Part shown: positions 28,197-42,245 of the stretch, piece after piece | How positions within the stretch are numbered: the stretch's first letter is position 1 | How the letters are laid out: the number at the start of each line of letters is the position of its first letter | Source of the DNA: Auanema rhodensis | Taxonomy: Eukaryota; Animalia; Nematoda | Length of the DNA stretch: 64,000 bases | Assembly (NCBI GenBank): GCA_964057225.1 | Contig: OZ059895.1 | Span: forward strand, 5,704,001 to 5,768,000 | Direction of reading: 5' to 3' | Notes under the pieces: model-generated | Databases searched by the model: none | Told to the model about the DNA's origin: nothing | The model's input: the letters and a program-made list of their open reading frames with translations, nothing else | Translations under genes and position numbers: made by a program

Positions 28197-28513
28197 GGTC
28201 CTAGACTCTAGACGAGGTCGTTTTCACATACTGGGCAATGTTCTTTCCCTCTAATATACAGGCAACGCTCGGTCCCTCCTATTGACTGACCCGAGTATGT
28301 CTGTTTTTCTCTCCCTTGCCCCTTCTGTCTCTGTGGCCCCATCTACCACATCCGCCTGTGCTCTCTTTTAGATGCACAGTCTCTTCTACTAGATCGTGAC
28401 CCTAGATGATTCGAGTAGCGAGGTCGTTTCGACACACTGCCCTCCTCCCTTACCCCTTCCTCCATACCCACAACACTCAGTTCCCGTCTTCTATTGACTG
28501 ACCCCTTATGGCT
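28197..28513. promoter_or_regulatory. Diverged duplicated ~105-115 bp element upstream of chdp-1 (copies at 28197-28302 and 28398-28513)
   Basis: Both copies share the ordered blocks CCTAGA, CGAGGTCGTTT, CAYACTG, CAACRCTCRGT, CTATTGACTGACCC and TATGKCT. Confidence 0.6.
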
Positions 28514-28798
28514 CAATGTCTAAATACTTCGATCAGCGTCTAACTATTTTTCTGTATTTAAATTCCATATTTGGCTGTTTTCCAGCTGTATTCGTTTGTT
28601 ATTCTGCAATTGTGCTTTTGTTTATTCTTTTTTTCTTCCGCTGTGTTTCATTTTTCATAATTCAACATGTTTTCTGCATCAATTATAATCTTTGTTGACT
28701 GCTAACTTTTTTTCTCACAAGTTTTGCGTTTTTCAATTATTTTTTGATTTTTCATCCTTTCCTTTTTAGTGCCTAAGGCCAAGCTTCTATTGCAAAGT

Positions 28799-30887
28799 AT
28801 GTCTGACCAGAAGCCAGAAACCGAGACTGTTGAGGAGAAAGCTCCAGAGCTCCCAACTTCTGAGCCTCCAAAGGAGGATACTAAAACTGAAGTATTTTTA
28901 TCTTAATTTTTCTATTACTTATTTCTTTTACTAGGAAGCCTCTGCTGCTCCTGCTCCAGCTGCTGAAACAGAAGCTGCTGCTGGAGATGCCGCTGCTGCT
29001 CCTGCTGAGGAGAGCAAAGAAGAGAAGAAGCCTTCTCGCCTGAAGAAGCGTTTGACGCTTAAATGGGGCAAGAACCGTGATCAAGCTGAACCTGTTAAGG
29101 AGCCTGAGCAACCAGCTGATCCTAGAGAGAACGCTATCGCTTGGGTCAATCAGCAGATCCCAGCCGCTGCCCATAAGGTAAGCCTCCCTCGCGGTCAATG
29201 CTCTTACCGAACATAATTATATCCAGGTCAACCATCTCGTACTCCAATGGGTTCAACAATTGGCTGTTCCTGAAGAATCTGAACGTCAACCAATTCCAGG
29301 CAAGGACGGTCAGGTCACTCGTAATCAATTTCTCACTTTCTTACGTGATGGAGACATTTTAACAAAGTTGGCTAACAAGCTTCAGGTAAACCTTCTTCAG
29401 TTCTTTTACACGAAACATCAGAGGACTCCGTTTGTAATTATGGGATGATACGTTGCGGCATTCAGTCTCTAAACTTGTTTGGCCAGCTGGTCCATTGTTT
29501 GGAGATTGTGCCTCTTCTCGTTCACTTACTTTGCAACTATCCCTCTGCTGCTTCTGTATCCTCTTTATCTATCCAATCTAATCTCTTTATATGTACATAT
29601 ATCTATCTATCTATTTCAGCCTGGAGCTATCGAGGTTGCCACCCCAGAAGAGGGAGCTGATTTGGTTAAGCAAAAGGAAGTTCAGACCAAGAATATTGAA
29701 GCCTTCTCCAGCTGGGCTAAGACAAATCTTGGCATTGACGAATCCAAGGTCAGTACATTTGTAATAATTATGGGAATTAAAGCCCGGTAGGACGAGATAC
29801 CGTGTCGGGGTCGCGAGTCTATTGCTCTACTAGCACCCTAGAACAATACCCACTAGCATGTTCTTTAATGCTCTGCTCACATATCCCTCAAATATTCCGC
29901 TTTCGCTCTCGTTTCTTCGTCATCACTGGGTACGTGATCCTATTGGTTCCCTGGTCAGAATAGAATTAGTAACTGACGTCTGGCTGTCTTTAACTACCAT
30001 TTGTTTTTTAATTTACTCTACTCGCGAATCCTGAAACGTAAAGACAAAGAGGGCTAGAACTAACCAATAATAATAATACATCTTTCAAATGATCTTCGGA
30101 CGAGAAGTAGACGTTAATAGGCTGAAACTTCTATTTTGAAACTACACGGTGGTCAAGTTTGTACGAAAGCTGTTTGACTAGTCAGGCTTGGTTGTCTTGT
30201 GAATGCAAGCGGGCGGAATATGAATCATCCTATTCTCGGTCTAAATATTAAGATACAATATTGCGAAATGAGTCTCTTTTGCATCATTTATTTCACATGG
30301 GGAATATTACTAGAAGTTTTGATGATGTTGATGGTGAATCACTATCGGTTTTCGTTGGGAAATATTTGGGGCACGTGTCGTGATAATGAATTGCGCGAAT
30401 CTTATGTCATTTATGCCAAACATCCCTATGTTTAGTGATAAACTTATTTATTGTTTTTAGGTTCTCACTGCTGCCGATTTACTCGAAAAGGGCAAGGCCG
30501 GATATCCAGCTGTGTTCGACACTCTCTGGAATCTTGGAGTCAAGAGTCAAGAGAAGTTCGAACAAGCCGGACTTGATGTAGATGGAGTTGTTGCTGCTGC
30601 CGGCGCTGTAGTTCGCACCAATATTATTGGAATGATTCTTTCCTTCTTCCGACGATCACGTCGTCCTTCTGTAGAGAAGAAGGAAGAAGATAAGGCTGAC
30701 GAACAAGCAGCAGGTGACGCCGCTCCAAATGCTCCTGAAGGAGAACAAGTTGAAGAAGTATGCCAAAAGGTAAGACAGTTTAATTTTTATAATAATCTAC
30801 TGCGGGACATGTTTCAAGCTCATTATAAATACTTCATTTTAGGTTGATAACACAGCAAACGCAGCCCCAGCCGTAGCAGCTAACTGA
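28799..30887 (+). CDS. chdp-1: Calponin-homology domain protein
   Basis: Six exons. CH domain FLTFLRDGDILTKLANKLQPGAI...NIEAFSSWAK...AADLLEKGKAGYPAVFDTLW, followed by an amphipathic helix NIIGMILSFFRR; acidic Ala/Pro-rich termini. Confidence 0.85.
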
Positions 30888-31752
30888 GTCATTTGATGCT
30901 GATCTTAGAGGCATCTCCTTGCCGGTTTTCTTTTCTGTGCATTCTTCTTCATCTAATGTTGTAACCTGTTTTTCTTCGTTGGTGAGTTCATGCTTCATCC
31001 TTTTCTACCTTGTTCCCGTCCCATTCATACCGTTTTGACCTTTTGCCTGTTTTTTCAATAGCCTGGTTAATGTGCCAGTGTTGACAGCTGAGGTTATAAA
31101 ATTGACGATCTAAATGGCTGAGAAGGTCTGTGTTCGTGAGTGTTAGGATGTGAGATGATCCAGCTAGCCTTGTGAAGGCAATCTTGCCTCGTTAATGGAA
31201 TGATCATGCGCCCTCTAAAGTCCTCTTAACCCATGGTGGTCTTCGTTCTCTACAATTTCATGATGCGTGATTTGCTTTTTCGTTCCCTCATCCAAAAATT
31301 GGATCTTGTAAGGGATCGCCAGATCCTTCAAACCTCCAGTTCAGTTAAAATACAACAGCAGTAAAGCAGTTTACAAGATTAATTCATTAAAAAGAACCAG
31401 CGCTTTATATCTAATCTGTCCTCTCAATCATGTTTAATATGAATTTCAATCTTTTACTTTCGTAGTTCTATAGTTAGAAGCCCTATGTGAGAATGGAGGT
31501 CGTATTAGAGTCTGTTTGGTGCAGATGGACAACGTGCTTTTTCTTTTTCTCAGATAGAAGAGATTGAAAAGATGACGATGATGAAGATGCATCGGATCGG
31601 CTACCCTCTCTTTCTCTTTATATCTGTATTGTCAAGTCCATATCTTGTACGTTTTGTCTCTTCTCATCCTCTTCTTAGTCTTCTATCTATATCCTCGTAG
31701 CGACAGAGCGACTGGCTTGACTGACTGACCACACGACTGGTGTTTATCGTTT

Positions 31753-32082
31753 ATGCAAATGAGTCCTGGAAGTAAGATAGTACGCTATAATAAGAGGGCT
31801 CAGGCGAGCCGGGAATCGTTTTGTACGCACACAAGGTCGGCGTCCATCTGCCCAGATGGTTATCTCTCTTGCCACAGTCCGACTCGCTCGTTCAGAGAGC
31901 AATGTGCGGCAGGAGGGAGTGAGAGGAGAATCGGTCATCTTGCTAGGCGATATGCCAACCAATCGCTGGGCTGAGCAGCTTAAGCTTCAGAATTTTCTGA
32001 CCCGATGATCCGACTTAATCTGGGGGTTCTTCTCGATTGAGAAGAAGGTCCGTTAGCTATCTATGAGCTCAGTCTATAAAAA
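31753..32082 (+). promoter_or_regulatory. Putative Pol II promoter with no downstream protein-coding gene
   Basis: Octamer ATGCAAAT at 31753, CCAAT at 31959 and TATAAAAA at 32075, within a GC-enriched island. Confidence 0.35.
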
Positions 32083-34982
32083 GTCCATTCGGTTGACCTT
32101 TTACGGGTCTCGGTTCTCATGAAAGACATGCGGTGTTTGTTATACACAGATAGATAGATAGAAAGATAGAAAAGAGATTAGTAGGACCGAGGTTACAGAT
32201 TGGTTGTGAAATATGATCCTCCACGGCCTAGTATCGATAATCTACTCATCTTTGGCCAGCCGCCCATTAATTTTCCGGTTCTGATCCCTTCTGCGGTTAG
32301 AAGAAAATTGGCCGGAAACGGTGCCGGCTGCTCAAAAAAAGTTGTCTAATTAACGCCGGAGCGGAGCATCCTTTTAGCAGCCGGCTTTATTGTATAGACC
32401 TCTGTGCGACACCTCTTGTAAGGAATAGAGAACCATGTAAAAAATGCTTTTGTGCTCTCGACCTGATGTATAATAACGGTATGAATGGGGACTTGAGAGG
32501 TTTTTTGTGTGCCTATTATCTCCTTCCCTGTTTTAAGTGCGTTTTTTTTCAGATTCGTCTCAAGTTCTCTAGATGCTTGTGATGTCTCATTGCCGAGCTT
32601 GTACTTTGCAATGTAATACACAACAACAACTACTACCACGACTACTCTTACGACATACTAATTATCTTATATGGTGGTTTAACCCCCTCTATTTCTTTTT
32701 TGTTAAAAACGTTTTATAAGATATACTCATATCTGCTTGTAGAGCAGCTCCTAGTGTGGTTGTCTATTGGCTGGCTCACACAAGAACCAATCACTGATAA
32801 CTTGGCTTTGTGCTATTTAATCATAATACATTTTGACTGCTTTCTCCTATCCCATAGATTATTTCTATTTCGAAATATATCGTTTGGATTTCAAAATATT
32901 CCGAACTTCACATTTTCTTGAAGTTAGATATTCTTCATCTTTGTTCTAATCTCTGTCCTTAGGGCAAGATTGAGCAGTTTAATTATTAATTCTATATAAA
33001 AATAAAAAACGAAAATGCTTTGTCCGCTTCAACCATTGTAATCTAAATTGTTTAAGTTAATAAATCAATTATCTTGTTTGTTTTTGCTCTTTATATAGTT
33101 CTCAAATCTTGATGTCCTGCTTGCTATTGGTTCTTTCCACCCTTTTTGTTTGGCAAATTGAGTCTCAAGCAGTTCTGATTCGCTTGAATGTCATCAAACA
33201 GAAAATGGATATTTCCTTTGGCATACCGTGAGTTCGGCTCTTTCCTTTTACGGTTCGCTCCCTTTTTAGTTTAAACCAATTTGCATATAGTTGAAGTGTT
33301 CTCTCGCAGCTTGTCATGCTTTACGGACACGGTTTGACAGAATGATTCTCAGTATCTCATCTGGTTGAATCTAATGAAGCGCTCAGTCAACGTCTGTTAT
33401 ATAATGAAAATGGCATCCTTTTATGTTATTTGAAACAGAAGAGAGGAAAGCTAGGGTGATGTAAATGGAGAAAGCTCTAGCTGAGTCACTTCCTATTGCG
33501 AAACATCCGAAATCATTGTCAGCATCTTCCGATGTCATTTAGGTTTCCGGAGGGTTGTCCTCTTTTTGTTGTCTATCTTTATCTGTGGGAGATTTCTTGA
33601 GCCATGCATGCACTAGCTACTAGGACTCAAGGGTGTTTCCAAAAAAACCCAAATAAATGAGAAAAGAAAACGGAAAACCAAAAAAGGAAGACATTTGCTA
33701 GCTTTCTGGTCGCATATCCTGCACTCTGCTAGTCTCTAGAGTGACAAAGTATCCTCTCAGATGGATATTTCGCTAGCTGATCGTTTCATCAGTTCATTTC
33801 CCTACCCGCCCTCCATTTCAACAGAGAGAACGTTCGTTTTAAACTCTCTGCACTCTTTTTCCTCTCAGCACATCAGAGGCAAATGCACGTGAAAAACGGT
33901 AAATTGTCATATCCGGGTGGGCTGTTCGGCTGTTGTGTATAGAGACAGGATGATGAGTTGATGATGTTGTTGTGTATGTGTATGTGTGCTGTAAAAATGC
34001 TTTGAGAGGTGACAACGAGGTCGTTGGGATAGTGTTGTCTGACCAGAATATAGCAGGGAGGGCTATTGGTGAGAAGGGGCTAGGATAACAGCAGCATCAT
34101 TAACAACAGCAGGATACTCGGCTATTAAGGAAATTCATGCCAGATATTCAAAAGCTTATTGGAACAGTTGGCTTGTATTTGGCATTTTCTATTAGAACTA
34201 CACAGTCATATGCGCTAATCCAATGCAACAAACCTTCTTGTGTTCGCATAAACAATATAATATCTAAACAGTTAAGTAAGACGTCGACGACGAACATATT
34301 GAGCATCATTGAGATCTACAATAGTATATGTGTTATAGTGCATCATCATCATCTTCATCAACATCATCGTCCTCATCAACATCATCATCTCCTTCAACCA
34401 TAGGCTTCAACTTGACCTTTCAGCATCGCTCTACTCTTCTCTTTTTCTCTTTTCTCTATTGTATTTCTTTATATAATATATAAAATAAGTATTACATATA
34501 GTTTATGTTACAAGAATCACAGTTCAACATATGAGTCGAATAAAGCTGTGAATATATATAAGAAATCAAAGACTTTCTTATTCTACAACGCTTATATATG
34601 TTTTTAAATAGCCTAAACATAGAAGGGAATGGGAGATTGAACATATGTAACTATCAAGACACACAACTACTTCTAATGCTTTTGCCCTTTTATTTGGTTA
34701 AATTCGTTATTTAGTCATCAATCTTCAACATTCTTATAATAAACAATCAACAATTTCCTCTATTATTTGTCATTAACTATATTGATTAGTTAGTTCTTGA
34801 ATTTCTTATTCAGTTTCTTGCTCATCAGATTATTGGAGAAGTAAATTTTCAATTTCAATGCCCAAATGCTTCGAACACCGTCTGTTCATCATCATCATCA
34901 TCAGAGTCATCATAATCATCATCATTGCCGTCGGCATTTGTGGATCTTTCTTCGTATCTCTCACTCTTTCCTTTCTTCTCCT

Positions 34983-34986
<4 letters not shown>

Positions 34987-35019
<33 letters not shown>
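34987..35019. repeat. (CT)n microsatellite
   Basis: Seen directly in the sequence. Confidence 0.95.
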
Positions 35020-35022
<3 letters not shown>

Positions 35023-38000
35023 TTCTTTCTCTGAAATAATGTGAGGTCATTTGGCCATATGTGTAGAATACATGTAGCCCGTTTAGACTGAGCTCATTAT
35101 TCGAGGGTTATGCATTGGCTAAGTAGAAGCTTTAACACGACGGCTGACCACATGTAGTAGTTAGATGGTTGTAGACCATTCTATTAATGAGACCACAATA
35201 AGTTCAGAAGACTAAGGAAAAGTTTAAACTTATTACAACTAAATATGCTTGCAGGTTTAAGGCTTGATTCATATTCTACTGTATCAACATTCTTATTATT
35301 CGGTTAATCCCATATAAAAAGTCGAATAGCTTGCTCAAAAACATTAAAAATGAAAAATGCAGTAAGAAAGAGAAGAAGAAACAGAATAATAAGAAGAAAC
35401 AGAAGAGGAAACGATAGAAAGATGAAGGGAAGGGGGGGATGGATGACTGGTAGAAGAAGGACAATTGTACGCACCCTCTCGTTCTGATATAGTCAGACAC
35501 ATGAACATATATTGTTTTGCATTCATTATAAGCTGCACATAGCCAGAACGTAAATGAATCCGGTTCGCAAACGCAAATGAATAGATAGATATGGGGGAGC
35601 CATCTGCCCACACTGTTTCAAGACCAGCTTTTTTGCAATGAGATTGCCGAATAAGCGTAAGAAATCTGAATTGAAATTATGTTGAAAAATATTGTAAATA
35701 GTATATTTCTATTTAAATATATTATAAATATATTACTATATATCATATAGTATACACATATATGTATTTACTTGTATACAAAAATCAGATTATTGTCTCT
35801 TCATGCCTTAGAAAATAATCAAATTTTGTACATTGGAGCTATCAAGATGGCTACTATAATACATAGTAAGGATTATTACATAATCATAACCTATATTACG
35901 GTTGTTGAGGTCAAATATCAAGAATTCAATTAGGTATTGGCTGTGCCTTCGAGACTTACCAATCTATCTTGGTCATATAAATCTCTTAGAAGACATAGAA
36001 GTATGATGTTTCTAATTCTTATATAATGACTGATCTTATTGTAAATAACTCTTCTTAGTCAAATGTTCTTTACTTTTCCATTTTCAATATATACATAAAT
36101 CGTTTTGATGTCATCAAAGCCAATAGACTGAGGGCAGCATGCGTTCGTCATGTTTTTTTTTCCATTTCTGGACCAGTTCTTCCTTGTTTATGGATGAATC
36201 AAGTGCACATGTTGGTGCTAGTGGTGCTGATGATACTGAGAAGACGAGCATATCTTTCCATCATATAATGTGCCAATACAAAAAGCTATATAGCCAATTA
36301 TCAAAACAAAAGAATGAGTAAAGACGATGGCTGGCATCTCGCCATTCGATTACCGATCAGCTTAGTCGTTTTGCCTTATTTCTGAAGATCTATAGCGTAG
36401 CATGGCAATGGTTAAACTTATATTAGGAGAGGATATGAAGCATAATACTATTATGGTCATTCAGTTTATGTCGGGAGAGTAAGAAGGCTAACAGGCTGAC
36501 TGGCTAGCTAGCTATGTTTGTATGTGCGGGAACAGAGAGCAGCTTTTTGATGGATATTTTAGCAGCCATTACCATTTTAATTACAGATGACTCGCACGCT
36601 ATTTCGAGACACAGACGCCTGTGTATGCCCTCATCCCGTCTCTCATTCAGCTTTCAAAAAAGAAAACGAAGCAACAGCAGAAGACAAAAACCTCTTTATC
36701 CGTTTTCCCTCTTCGAATCGTTCCAATGCTTCTTGTGCTCTCTGCGGGTTTTTTTCCTTTTCATGTCTCACTGCCAGCTCTTTCAAAGCAGCAACGTCAC
36801 AAATAATTATTCTGAGAGGACATATTGAAGCTGCAGCGTTGTACCAAGGGAGAATCCACAAAAAGCCTATCACTCCATGTGGTCAGAAAAACTAATATAA
36901 AAAAGCTGGTTCTTTCAAAAGATTAGTGTGCAGCATTATGCTTATACGATCATTAATATACATAAATATTGTCTGTCTTTCTGTCTGTCTATTTCAATGA
37001 TTTCATCTAATGACAGAAGCTCTTTGTTTTCAATAAAACGTACCAAAATGTATTATATAAATCAAGATACGACAACATGATATATACATATATATTCAAT
37101 GAATTTTTATGCGTAAGAAGAAAACAAATATTTTTTGATAGTTATGGTTATTTTGTTTTGAAAGATGACGGAAGGGCATAAGACGAAAATACAAAAAAAA
37201 CGTCAGCCTTAATCGAAAGAAGCATGCTTAGAGTACATACAGAAAATTTCCGTTATTTCTTGAATGTGTGAACGTTAGACAATTGGTATTTTTCACATTT
37301 ATAGTAAAAGAAAATTATATAAAAGGAAAAACAATTGAAAGTCTCTTTCTCATGCTTTTCCTAACCCTTGACGTTGATGTTCTACTTGCACATTTGTACT
37401 TGAAGATTGTTCCACATAGCTAATGATGAAGCTAAGACAACAATGTACTTCCCATGGGAATGATGGGAGATTAAAAAAATAAAAAAAAATTGACAAAAAG
37501 GACTTAAGGAGACATTTGTTTCAAAAAGATAAAGTGAACATTCTATGATCTTTGGCAGAGAAATGCAAATTTGTAAAAATACCTGAAGAGAAACATACTT
37601 AATATGTAAAAAATCTCAGAGAATTGCAGTTATATCAATATATAATGCTTAAGTTTTATGAATCTGATCAGCTAGTTACTCACTATGGATTAGTAAGCTT
37701 CAAATCTAGATTGACGGCCATCATATGCCAGTTGTCATCAGAATGTTGATCGCACTGAGGATTGTCCACGAATTCATAACCAAATGAGCATCAATATTTC
37801 AAAAAACCGAGAAAAAAAAAAGAAGAAAAAAACTACTTATTCGTATTCATATATTAATTTGATTGCAAAGAGGAATTAGATAGGTGATGGCTGACCTATA
37901 GAATGTCGAAACTAGTCAATTCCAATGATTCAATCTAGATCGAGCAGGTGTTATAGTCAGTCACTTTCCTCAATTTTACTCTCATATAGATATCTAAACT

Positions 38001-40378
38001 AATTGAGGGTTGTTATAACTTTATGAATCTCATAATACATTTTCAAAATATTTCTGAAAATTCAAATAAAAGTTGTATTGTACGTAATTACGTACAATAA
38101 ATATGCTAAAGTCTTTTTTCTATTTCTTTTTTTAAAGAATAAACTATAAACTGGGACTTGTATATTGATAAGTGTAGTTCACAATCTCATCGTTTCCTGT
38201 GAAATAATGAATATGATATTTGCATTTGTATATATTATATTCTTTATGTATTAGTTTGCATAAAGTATATATATTTTGTTTTTTTGTGTGAATTCAGTAT
38301 TTTTCGTCAGCGTTGTATTCTTACATATTCGACTCTGTATCATCGTCTTTTTCTTTCACGTTTTCAATCCGTCAAATTGCGATTCAATATCAGTAATGGT
38401 ATTCATAACATTGACGCATTGTAAACGAAGACTGTATCGTCGTCAGATGTTCGTTTTGTTTCTTTGTGAAACATAGTACGACGTGAACAGTAGAATGATG
38501 ATGAAAATACTATAATAACACATATTTTAGAAGTGTAATCGAGCTCAATATATAGAATGAACATTGCGAAAGTGCGTGCAAAATTAAGAACGTAGTGAGA
38601 GCGAAAGCTAACAAAATGAATATTAAATGAGCATTTTTCCTTTATTGGAAATGTACTAGACATTTTTATAGTTCAATTCGCTTTTTTTTGTTTTCTAAAA
38701 GAAGAATTCTGTTGGAAAAAATGAAACGAAACGTTCATGGCTATACCAATTTTATTGATTTGGGAGAGAACTTATTTTTAATTAATTTCAAGTTTTTAAT
38801 CGTTCAGGAACAAAACCAAATGTCAGCTCAAAATATTTTGAGGAAAATATGGATACACTAGATTACGACGATGAAGAAACTGTAAAATATTTTGTTGATT
38901 TCTCTTTCCTCACGGGGGTATAAACAAGTGCAGTTTGAAAAAGCTTAAGCTGAAAATGAAGTGTCGAATGGTTTATGTTGGTCATCTGGCTGACATACGT
39001 ATACAAACATCTTCTGTTTTTCTCACAGTAGCCCTTCAATCTTAGCCGGATATAGGAAATCTTGACGCACTGTAATAGATTTCTGGCCTCGCACAGAACC
39101 TTTTTAAGCATTTGCTCTTTTGTTTAAAACCAGATGTTCATTTTCTAACTTCCGGAATTACATATGTATATTGTTTTGACGGTTTATCCTATTATTTTCT
39201 TGTTGTTCGACAAAGGGAAACGAGTTGAAGCAAGATATGATGAGGAACACCCGACATCATCAATACATTAGAATGATCAGTGAAAAGCCGGATGGAGCTG
39301 ATTATTGAAATATGAGAAGATGTTAAAGGATCGAATCTCCATAATTTGTTCATCAGAATTACTACCCCCACTGTTTATTGTATGCTTATAAAAGGCTTTG
39401 ATCTTTTCATTGCTTGCTTAATTGTAATTGGCATTCAGGTAAACAGGCAAAAACCTGCCAAAATGGTCAAGAGCATATTGGGTGCGAACACACCATTTAC
39501 TTGAGGCTGTTTATGTACAACAGAAAAGAACGGCACAGAAAAGACAATTAGAGGGCAGATGTTTCCAATACTAAGCGCTCGTTAATTGTGTATTTCTGGT
39601 GTGGTTATTCAGCCAAACGTTAGCTGTGCCAGCACTTACATACATTGAAGACAATTTCCTTTTTTTAGGCCATTTAATCAGTAAAGTCATGGCCAATTTT
39701 AGACAGCATTAGAATGCTGTTCGCGTCGTCGGGACCATCTCTCATTCATTTCTGCAACTTATAACTCTTTCAAATTTCATGCCATATGCCTAATGTTACT
39801 TCATTTCATTCAAAAATGTGACTTTATTTCTCCAGAATTATAGTCTGTACATCAGTGAACAGACAATAGAATGCTATTGGAAGGAAAACATGCCAACCAG
39901 TTGGATGGTGAACGTTTCAAAAAGAAATAAAAAATTTTTTTATTATTCATCAATAAATGAAATGACATATGATGAAAGTGAGTCTTGGGCCTATAATTAT
40001 GTAGGAAAATTATAATGGAAATATGAAAGATCTCTTTCATAAAAACATATTTGAAATCATTCAATAGTTGTTGTGACATATGAAATATACAATATTTTAA
40101 TAATAAACTTATGGCTAAGATTTGTATTTTTGTTTTTATAAATTTTGAAATAACTATATACATGGATTGTGAATAAAAATAATTAATTTTGTTATTTATA
40201 AGATGAATGCATGAATATGGTGAATATGGTGAAGATGAAATGATCTGTTATGAATAATCTTAAACTTCAATCATATAGTATTTGAAATTATATGAATAAT
40301 CTAATTTATTATTTTAATAAAGTCATCAAATAAAATATTTTAAAATCAATAAGATTTAACAGATATCAGTATACTTGC

Positions 40379-41280
40379 TTAAACTGTTAATTCTTCTCTT
40401 GGAATAGGTAATGTTCGAAAAGGGTTATAAGGGTTATAAAGGTTTGTATTACGATCAGGTTGAATCAAAGTTTGTAATATCGGCTTAATGGATTTTAATC
40501 CTAAAAATCCTTCAGCCAATTCCTTTTTGATTTCTAATGTTTCTGCTTCCGTTAATTGAGATTCAGCAGTATTTGAATTGATGGATTGCTGATTATTATT
40601 TGGAAATGTTTCAAAATCCAGTGGTTTTAGGCTTACTGCTACAATATTTTCCGTCGATGAAATTATAAGATTTTGATTACTGCTTTCAGTAGATGGAGGT
40701 AAAACATCTTCTGATTTGCCTGTAAACTTATATCTATCTGCTCCAGAATAATGAATGAATATGGCATGCTTATCAGTATTGTCACGTGTTTGTTCAACTG
40801 GATTTGTCTGATTCAGCTCAACTCCAGATTCAGTATTGTCAGTTTTAGTATTTTTTCTTCGTTTAAAAACAAATTTTGAATCCGGCCAAAAACCACTGGA
40901 TTGTGGTGGGGTATTTGATTCTTCGTTAACAGTATCAGATTGTTGGTTTGGGTTAACGGCGGGGGGAACTATATTATCTGGTGATGATACATCTACAGAA
41001 ACAAAACCATTGCTTTGTTCACCACCAAGGTTCTGGCCTAAATCAGAAGTAGCATGATAAAGTATTAGCTTTAAATGAATGTAAACATAAATATAATATT
41101 GCAAATGCAATAATCACCTTGTTCAGAATTTCTTTGCTCATTTGCAGCACTAGGATTCCAGAATAAAGCGCTATTTGGAATAATTTGGTGACGTCCTAGT
41201 TTTTTGAAGTTTTGACATCTAACGCTTTGCGGCACATCAAGTATCAGAAGGATGAGAATATAATATGGAATTGATTGCAT
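40379..41280 (-). CDS. Secreted low-complexity (N/Q/S/T-rich) orphan protein, two exons
   Basis: Signal-peptide-like start MQSIPYYILILLILDVPQSVRC. A phase-1 intron (~41039-41117) joins EQG to the long 40379 ORF. Confidence 0.7.
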
Positions 41281-42245
41281 GAAAAGCTTTGAACTGTTTG
41301 AGATGTAGTTGAATCAGCAAAGTAAGGTGGTATACTAGGCTGGTAGACAAATTGTATTAATGTACGAAACAAGAGAGGGCTCAGTTCGCAACCAATATGC
41401 GACAGACATAACTCAGAACGGAGAGGATCCGGTCAAAGCTGACAAAATTACGATTCTTTTCGTAATATTTATTTTATTATTTGTATGTTCAGCAGCTATA
41501 TAGCAAATCTATCCAAAACACAACCATCGTCAAACAATTCATCTCGTTCATTTATTTAGAAACACTGTATCTAAATAATTGAAAATAAAACTTATTTTCC
41601 AATTTACTCTCAGGGATAAGATATATGGACGTTACAGCATTGTCTTTCACATTAGTTTTGATTATGTGTGCTGGGTTTTTTGGTTTTTTGAAAATAAAAA
41701 AACAGATTATTCCTTTTACGATATCTGCTAAATATTTCTCTTCTCTTATGATTTATAGTTAGCAACTCTAATTTATAATTATATTTTAAGAAATATCTGC
41801 ATATGATTGAGAAAATCTTAAGTTTTCTTCTTATTAACTTATAAAAACAAATACTAGATGGAAATACATTCTTTTTGATTATAATCATCAAAAGTACAAT
41901 TGTATTTCATACTAACCTTGTTCCATGTAGTAAGAATATTTGTATACTCTCTCTATAAGATATTATCAAAGAAAAGACCAATTGAATGAATTTTTAGCCT
42001 AAAAGTTCAGTAATAACAAAACTTTTTTTTTCTTATATCCACTGAGTGAATGAAATGAGTATGAAATCATTACTATAGAACAAACATTCAATATATCTTT
42101 AAAGTCAAATTTTCGCCTGGAATTGTTACAGTAATCTTCAATGGAATATAAGAGAATGGGTTCCAAAAATTTAATAATTGAGTGACAATTGTTATATGTC
42201 CTATACATAGAATATAGGTTATAGTATAGTTATAGTATATACATA

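Noticed and set aside
32120-32142. mir-71-like sequence TGAAAGACATG
   Set aside because: Only 11 nt match and I found no precursor hairpin.
32942-32980. mir-72/73-like seed GGCAAGA in a hairpin
   Set aside because: The hairpin is ~35 nt with a 3-nt loop, too small for a pre-miRNA.
34137-39111. Short ORFs in the gene desert
   Set aside because: These are low-complexity translations of CAT, CT and GA tracts, with no splice-consistent model or known motifs.
39237-39301. C/D box pair ATGATGA...CTGA
   Set aside because: The terminal stem is weak and I see no recognisable rRNA/snRNA complementarity; such boxes arise by chance.
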